Shown here in pieces: positions 57,784-63,442 of a stretch of 63,442 nt of DNA. Numbering within the stretch: position 1 is the first letter of the stretch; each line of letters begins with the position of its first letter. The position numbers and the translations under genes were made by a program. Under the pieces are notes generated by a model. The model was given only the letters and a program-made list of their open reading frames with translations. It was not told the origin of the DNA and ran no database searches. Source of the DNA: a virus (lineage: Duplodnaviria; Caudoviricetes); the IMG/VR virus record IMGVR_UViG_3300032241_001905, positions 1 through 63,442 of that record, one strand, 5' to 3'.

Positions 57784-59079
57784 ATGAAACAATTATTAGT
57801 TATAAGTTGCCCCATTGACACCTTTAGTGGATATGGTGCACGCTCAAGAGATATAGTTAAATCTTTATTAACATCAGATAGATTTGATGTAAAAATTGTA
57901 CCTCAAAGATGGGGTTCTACACCATTTGGATTTTTAGATGAAAATAATTCTGATGATAAAAAAATCATAGATTGTTATTTATTAGAACCTCAGTTACCTA
58001 AACAACCAGATATTTGGATTCAAGTAACAGTACCTAATGAGTTCCAACCTGTTGGAAAATATAACATTGGTATTACTGCTGGTATTGAAACTACAGTAGC
58101 AGATGCTACTTGGATAGATGGTATTAATAGGATGAATTTAACATTAGTATCTTCAGAACATGCTAAAAAAGTATTTGAACAATCTACATTCCAAGAAAGA
58201 AATCAACAAGGACAACCTGTAAGAGAAATCAAACTAGAAAAACCAATTGAGGTATTATTTGAAGGAGTAAATACAAATATCTATAAAAAGATAAATACAT
58301 TAACTACTGATGTAAAAGATGTACTAGATAGTATAGATGAAGATTTTAATTTCTTATATGTTGGTCATTGGTTACAAGGTGACTTAGGACAAGATAGAAA
58401 AGATACAGGTATGTTAGTTAAAACATTCCTTGAAACATTTAGAGGTAAAGGAAAGAAACCAGGTTTAATACTTAAAACAACTTGTGGTACTTACTCTATT
58501 ATGGATAGAGAAACAGTATTAGATAAAATTGAAGGTATTAAAAACTTAGTTGGCGGTACAGATTTACCAAACATTTATTTGTTACATGGTGAGTTAAGCG
58601 ATGAAGAAGTAAATGAATTATATAACCACCCTAAAGTAAAAGCACACGTTACATTTACTAAAGGTGAAGGATATGGTCGCCCATTAATTGAAGCATCAGT
58701 AAGCCAAAAACCAGTAATTGCTCCTAATTGGAGTGGCCATACAGATTTCCTTGATGCTAACATGTCAATCTTATTACCAGGTCAAGTAACTCAAATTCAT
58801 CCATCAGCAGTAGTAAAAAATATGTTATTAGCTGAAAGTGGATGGTTTACAGTTGATTATAAAAAAGCATCTGAAACATTAGTAGATGTTTATAAAAATA
58901 ATAAAAAGTATATTGATGGGGCAAAGAAACAATCATACCGTTCACGTACTGAATTTAGTTTAGATAAAATGACTGAAAAGTTATTAGCTATAATAGATGA
59001 GAAAGTACCTAAACAAGTAGCTCTTAAATTACCTACATTAAAGAAAGTTGAATTACCAAAGCTTAAAATAGCAAAATAA
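57784..59079 (+). CDS. Glycosyltransferase (GT-B, GT4-like)
   Basis: SGYG, RK, GEGYGRPLIEA..KPVIA..WSGH.DF. Confidence 0.88.
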   Translation: MKQLLVISCPIDTFSGYGARSRDIVKSLLTSDRFDVKIVPQRWGSTPFGFLDENNSDDKKIIDCYLLEPQLPKQPDIWIQVTVPNEFQPVGKYNIGITAGIETTVADATWIDGINRMNLTLVSSEHAKKVFEQSTFQERNQQGQPVREIKLEKPIEVLFEGVNTNIYKKINTLTTDVKDVLDSIDEDFNFLYVGHWLQGDLGQDRKDTGMLVKTFLETFRGKGKKPGLILKTTCGTYSIMDRETVLDKIEGIKNLVGGTDLPNIYLLHGELSDEEVNELYNHPKVKAHVTFTKGEGYGRPLIEASVSQKPVIAPNWSGHTDFLDANMSILLPGQVTQIHPSAVVKNMLLAESGWFTVDYKKASETLVDVYKNNKKYIDGAKKQSYRSRTEFSLDKMTEKLLAIIDEKVPKQVALKLPTLKKVELPKLKIAK

Positions 59080-59130
59080 TGAATAATACAGGCGCTGTAA
59101 TATTTACATTTCAAAATAATACCGGAAACT

Positions 59131-59523
59131 ATGAAAGAATCACTTATAATATGTCCTAGATGCTCTTCAAATGCATGTAGCGAAGTATCAAATGACAAAT
59201 TAACTGTTTGGAATTGCTTCGGATGTGGATTTACTTCTAATTCTACAATGATAGATGAAAATTCAGCAGCTACTGAGGAAGTATTACCTAATCTGTATGT
59301 CGCTTTAAAGTTTAAAGATGATAAAGGATATAATTGGTACCCAACAGCTGTAACATTAGAAGATAAATCAATGTTGTTTGCTGAAGGTAAATCAACTGAA
59401 GAATGGAACTGGTCAGCAGTACAAGCTAAAGGTGGTAAACCTGATATGACAACTAAAAAAGAATTTGTTGAACGCGACTTTATGGAAGCGTTAGATTATA
59501 TTGGTTATTTTAAACAACAATAA
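59131..59523 (+). CDS. Hypothetical protein with N-terminal Zn ribbon
   Basis: CPRC..C..CFGCGF. Confidence 0.6.
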   Translation: MKESLIICPRCSSNACSEVSNDKLTVWNCFGCGFTSNSTMIDENSAATEEVLPNLYVALKFKDDKGYNWYPTAVTLEDKSMLFAEGKSTEEWNWSAVQAKGGKPDMTTKKEFVERDFMEALDYIGYFKQQ

Positions 59524-59524
59524 C

Positions 59525-60130
59525 ATGCCATCAATTAGTTATGCAATTACAGCTCATAATGAGCACGTTGAATTAGATCGTTTATTAGATCAATTAACTT
59601 CGTGGATTAGTGATGAAGATGAAATAGTAGTACAAATGGATATTACTGCTACTGATGAAGTTAAAGCAGTAGTTTATAAGCATAAATTAATGAGTTACTT
59701 CCATCCGTTAAATAACGATTTTGCTACTTTTAAAAATAATCTTAAAAGTTTATGTACTAAAGATTATATATTTCAAATTGATGCTGATGAATACTTATCA
59801 AACGAATTGCTAACATGGCTTCCAGATATATTATTTGATAATAATACTGTTGAAATGTTTTCATTACCACGTATTAATACAGTTGAAGGACTAACTGAAC
59901 AACACATTAAACAATGGGGTTGGAATGTAAATGAAGACGGCTGGGTTAACTATCCTGATTATCAAAATCGTATATTTAAAAATAAACCTGAAATCCATTG
60001 GGTGAATAAAGTACATGAAAAAATAATTGGTGCTAGAAGCATAGCATCCCTTCCTCCAGGATTTGATTTAGTACATCCTAAAACAATAGAAAGACAAGAA
60101 CGCCAAAATAACTACTATAATACTATATGA
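59525..60130 (+). CDS. Glycosyltransferase family 2
   Basis: ISYAITAHNE, IFQIDADE, PDYQ.R, VHE; ATG at 59525. Confidence 0.85.
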   Translation: MPSISYAITAHNEHVELDRLLDQLTSWISDEDEIVVQMDITATDEVKAVVYKHKLMSYFHPLNNDFATFKNNLKSLCTKDYIFQIDADEYLSNELLTWLPDILFDNNTVEMFSLPRINTVEGLTEQHIKQWGWNVNEDGWVNYPDYQNRIFKNKPEIHWVNKVHEKIIGARSIASLPPGFDLVHPKTIERQERQNNYYNTI

Positions 60131-60849
60131 TATCAGAAATATACAAAAACAACGATGGTACGTTTATAGTATTTCCTAACGATGCTATTGCTAATCATCT
60201 TAAAACAATTGGTACATGGGAACCTCATTTTAAAATAGTTGTAGATAACTTTATTAACGAGGATGATGTAGTAATAGATGCCGGTGCTAATTTCGGATAT
60301 AATTCCGTTATCATGGGTAAAAAAATAGGATCGGATGGTACCTTGATTTCATTTGAACCTCAAAGAATAATTTACCAACAAATGTGCGGTAACTTAATCT
60401 TAAATAACATATATAACGGACATCCTATTAATGCCGCTGTTGGACAAGAAGAATCAACTGCTAATTTAGTTCCAGTTTATTATGAAGCAGGTTGGGTTAA
60501 TATTGGAGATACATCTATTGGTGATGGAGGTGAAGAGATAAGAGTATGTAAAATAGATGATATAATTGATACTAGAGTAAACTTTATTAAAATAGATGTT
60601 CAAGGATTTGAATTAGATGCTTTAAAAGGAGCTAAAAATATTCTTACTAATTATCAACCTGATATCTTCATTGAAGTAGAACCTCATCAATTAGCTAAAT
60701 TTAATACTACAGACGAGGATTTATTTAATTATATAAAATCATTTGGATATGATATATATAAAATTAATAATGATTATCCTTGTGATCACATTTGTACTAC
60801 TAAAGATGTAAGTCATTTAACTGAAATATTAAAATTAGTTAAAATCTAA
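60127..60849 (+). CDS. FkbM-family SAM-dependent methyltransferase
   Basis: IDAGANFG, FEP, IKIDVQGFE..L.GA. Confidence 0.9.
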   Translation: MISEIYKNNDGTFIVFPNDAIANHLKTIGTWEPHFKIVVDNFINEDDVVIDAGANFGYNSVIMGKKIGSDGTLISFEPQRIIYQQMCGNLILNNIYNGHPINAAVGQEESTANLVPVYYEAGWVNIGDTSIGDGGEEIRVCKIDDIIDTRVNFIKIDVQGFELDALKGAKNILTNYQPDIFIEVEPHQLAKFNTTDEDLFNYIKSFGYDIYKINNDYPCDHICTTKDVSHLTEILKLVKI

Positions 60850-61769
60850 TGAAAACTGTTTTGTTTTATGATCCCAATTTAAACGAAAGGGGTACTAGCA
60901 CAGCTGTATATGATTATGCACATTACAATGAAGTTATATTAGGAAATAAATCTATAATTGCTGCTCCTAAAACAGCAGAAATGACTAGCCTAGATAAATT
61001 CTCAGCTCGATTCCCCGTACATATAGTTGATAAATTTACAGATTTATCTAAAATACCAACAGAATACTTACATATATTAAAATATGGATTTAATGATGGA
61101 AATATATTACCAAATGTAAAAAATTTGGTTCATACTGTTTTCCCATCAAATGATCCACATGGTGATGTTTATGCTTATATTTCTAAATGGTTAGCTAATA
61201 GTATTAAAGAAGGAGCATTATATGTTCCTCATATGGTATCATTACCTGATTCCGATTTAGATTATAAAGAAACATTTGACATACAAGACGAAATAGTGAT
61301 TGGGTGGTATGGTGGAAATAATTTTGAACTTTCGTTTGCTAAACAAGCCGTTATAGATATAGCTCAAAAAAGAAAGGATATCAAATTTTTATTTATGAAT
61401 CAAGATCCCTTTTGTAATTTGAAAAATGTATATTTTATAAGTGCTACAACTAACTTAGAAGAAAAAGTAGCATTTATTAATACATGCGATGCTATGATTC
61501 ATGCTCGTGAACGAGGTGAAACATTTGGTTTAGCAATAGCTGAATTTTCATCTAAAAATAAACCAATAATTACCTATCTTAATTCACCAGAAAGAAATCA
61601 TATTGAAACACTAAAAGATAAAGGATTATATTATAATGATTATAATTCTCTTTATTCTTTACTTTTAAATATAAATAAACAAAATATACAAGGTAAAGAA
61701 TGGAATGCATATCAAGATTACACCCCAGAAAAAGTAATGGAACAATTTAATAAAGTATTTTTATCATGA
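60849..61769 (+). CDS. Glycosyltransferase (GT-B)
   Basis: RGT..A.YDYA, HARERGETFGLAIAEF. Confidence 0.8.
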   Translation: MKTVLFYDPNLNERGTSTAVYDYAHYNEVILGNKSIIAAPKTAEMTSLDKFSARFPVHIVDKFTDLSKIPTEYLHILKYGFNDGNILPNVKNLVHTVFPSNDPHGDVYAYISKWLANSIKEGALYVPHMVSLPDSDLDYKETFDIQDEIVIGWYGGNNFELSFAKQAVIDIAQKRKDIKFLFMNQDPFCNLKNVYFISATTNLEEKVAFINTCDAMIHARERGETFGLAIAEFSSKNKPIITYLNSPERNHIETLKDKGLYYNDYNSLYSLLLNINKQNIQGKEWNAYQDYTPEKVMEQFNKVFLS

Positions 61770-62632
61770 AGATATTATATATAACAGATCACATAGATAT
61801 AGGACGTGCTGGTGGTTTTATTAATGACTACCAAAACGATTTATTATTCTATGGATTGAGAGAATTATATGGTGATGATGTAGTAGATAGTACTCAAATA
61901 CTTTCATTGTATAAAGAATATGAAGGTAGAATTAATCCACAAGTTATGTGGGGAAAAATGACTTCATTTTGGTTAATAGGAGAAAATAATATTGATAGAA
62001 CTAATATTGAAGAAAAAATTAGAGATAGATATTATGACTTAATTATATATGGTTCTATTAAACGATGTAAACAATATTATGAGTTGGTATCTAAAATATA
62101 CCCTGATAATAAAGTAATATTGATTGATGGTAATGATGAATCTGAATTAAATCCATTATATTTAAAACATCCATATTTTAAACGTGAATTAGTTGAAAAA
62201 CATCCTAATTTAATTCCTATTACGTTTGCTATTCCTACTTCTAAATTAGCAGAACCAACATTAGATAAAGTACAAGATTTTGCTACTTGCATTCCAGGAC
62301 AACCTGAAACATATATCTTTAAAGAAGAAAAAACATATTATGAAGATTATCAAAAATCATATTATGGGGTTACAATGAAAAAAGCAGGTTGGGATTGTAT
62401 GAGACATTATGAAATATTAGGTAACTATTGCATACCATATTTTATTGGATTAGAAGACTGTCCTAAAGACACATTAGTTAATTTTCCTAAAGAGATGTTA
62501 CTTGAAGCAAGAGAATTAGCGAACGACTTTGATGAGCAAAGATACTTTAGTATCTTAAATGATATATTTGAACACACTAAACAAAACTTAACTACTAAAT
62601 CGTTAGCTAGTTATGTACTATCTAAAATATAA
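61766..62632 (+). CDS. Putative glycosyltransferase
   Basis: IDGND, YFKREL, KKAGWDCMRHYEI..CIP. Confidence 0.6.
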   Translation: MKILYITDHIDIGRAGGFINDYQNDLLFYGLRELYGDDVVDSTQILSLYKEYEGRINPQVMWGKMTSFWLIGENNIDRTNIEEKIRDRYYDLIIYGSIKRCKQYYELVSKIYPDNKVILIDGNDESELNPLYLKHPYFKRELVEKHPNLIPITFAIPTSKLAEPTLDKVQDFATCIPGQPETYIFKEEKTYYEDYQKSYYGVTMKKAGWDCMRHYEILGNYCIPYFIGLEDCPKDTLVNFPKEMLLEARELANDFDEQRYFSILNDIFEHTKQNLTTKSLASYVLSKI

Positions 62633-62635
62633 AAA

Positions 62636-63397
62636 ATGGTTAAATTAGAAAACATCCAGTCCTTAGTTAGCAACCACGTTTCACCTTACATTTATAATGC
62701 TAAGGTATTTGAACCTGGTAAAACACCAATTTATTATTCTGGACCTTATTGGGACAATAAAGAAACAGAGGCAGCTATCGATTCGTTCTTAAATGGTAAA
62801 TGGATTACTGCTGGTGAAAAAGTACATAAGTTTGAAAGTCAATTTGGTAAGAGATTTAATACTAAGCATTCACATATGGTGAACTCTGGTTCATCTGCTA
62901 ATTTAATATTAATTGCTGCTTTAAAGAGAAGATTTAATTGGGCGGATGATGATGAAATTATTGTATCGCCTGTTGGATTTGCAACTACAATTTCAGTATT
63001 ATATCAAAATAGATTAAAACCAATATTTGTAGATATTGAATGGGATACTTTAAATTTTGATGTAGATCAAATTGAAGCTAAAATTACACCTAAAACAAAA
63101 GGAATATTCATATCACCTGTATTAGGTAATCCTCCAGACATGGATAAATTACAAGCAATCGCTGAAAAATACAATATCCATTTAATTGGGGATAATTGTG
63201 ATAGTTTGGGTTCTAAATGGAAAGGTAAATACTTAAACGAATATTATGTAGCATATTCAAACTCATTTTACCCAGCACACCATATTTCAACAGGTGAAGG
63301 TGGAATGGTTTGTACAAACGATGATGAATTAAAGAAATTATTTGTTAGTTTGAGTTGGTGGGGTAGAGATACAAGTATGAATCAATTGGATTCATAG
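62636..63397 (+). CDS. rfbH: DegT/DnrJ-family PLP/PMP enzyme, RfbH/DdhC (E1 3-dehydrase) type, C-terminally truncated
   Basis: NSGSSANL, DNCDSLG, SFYPAHHISTGEGG (His in place of the Schiff-base Lys), WGRD then abrupt stop. Confidence 0.8.
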   Translation: MVKLENIQSLVSNHVSPYIYNAKVFEPGKTPIYYSGPYWDNKETEAAIDSFLNGKWITAGEKVHKFESQFGKRFNTKHSHMVNSGSSANLILIAALKRRFNWADDDEIIVSPVGFATTISVLYQNRLKPIFVDIEWDTLNFDVDQIEAKITPKTKGIFISPVLGNPPDMDKLQAIAEKYNIHLIGDNCDSLGSKWKGKYLNEYYVAYSNSFYPAHHISTGEGGMVCTNDDELKKLFVSLSWWGRDTSMNQLDS

Positions 63398-63442
63398 AAT
63401 TCCAAGCAGATGGTCCGTTTACACTATTATTAATATCCTGTA

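Noticed and set aside
8467-62292. Minus-strand ORFs in the track (e.g. 15510-15857, 23845-24249, 31676-31993, 50597-50929)
   Set aside because: All lie antisense to well-supported + strand genes and show no motifs; treated as shadow ORFs.
1-63442. Alternative genetic code (TAG or TGA recoding), as in some Bacteroidota phages
   Set aside because: Conserved genes are full length in code 11, and TAG and TGA end genes at expected positions (e.g. 18610, 12125, 60130).
1-63442. tRNA genes, CRISPR arrays, DGR/retron reverse transcriptase, and introns or inteins in nrdJ, polB and helicase
   Set aside because: No cloverleafs, periodic repeats or RT motifs were seen by eye, and those genes are uninterrupted and of normal length; tRNAscan and Infernal were not run.

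Overview
This is a 63 kb AT-rich segment of a large T4-like myovirus genome, read in the standard code with essentially all genes on the + strand. The host is probably Bacteroidota, judged from TTTG-N19/20-TAnnTT(T/C)A promoters, A-rich starts without Shine-Dalgarno sites and a Cys-less QueC. Layout: (1) 1-15.5 kb, a tailoring and glycan-modification island (epimerase, Ugd, NodU-type carbamoyltransferase, SGNH-like and GT-like proteins, radical SAM, two 2OG-Fe(II) oxygenases) around an unusual ATP-grasp-like protein with tandem Hint domains; (2) 16-29 kb, a contractile tail module (sheath, tube, frameshifted chaperone pair, tape measure, baseplate, M23 hub); (3) 29-38 kb, replication and recombination genes (PolA-like, SSB, UvsX, 5'-3' exonuclease, helicase, Trx, NrdJ); (4) 38.7-45.5 kb, a 7-deazaguanine pathway (queD, TGT/DpdA-like, queC, queE, folE) plus dUTPase; (5) PolB, clamp, hsp20-groES-groEL, clamp loader and a Cas4-like nuclease; (6) 56-63 kb, a second glycosyltransferase island ending in a truncated RfbH. 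The best candidate for an undescribed system is ORF 12902-14758. Its two Hint domains appear complementarily disabled and flank the hexapeptide SGISGS, like a natural two-intein excision/cyclisation cassette. They are fused to a circularly permuted ATP-grasp-like domain, and the neighbouring tailoring enzymes share a C-terminal K-x-hydrophobic-hydrophobic tail. All assignments come from motifs read by eye; no searches were run.
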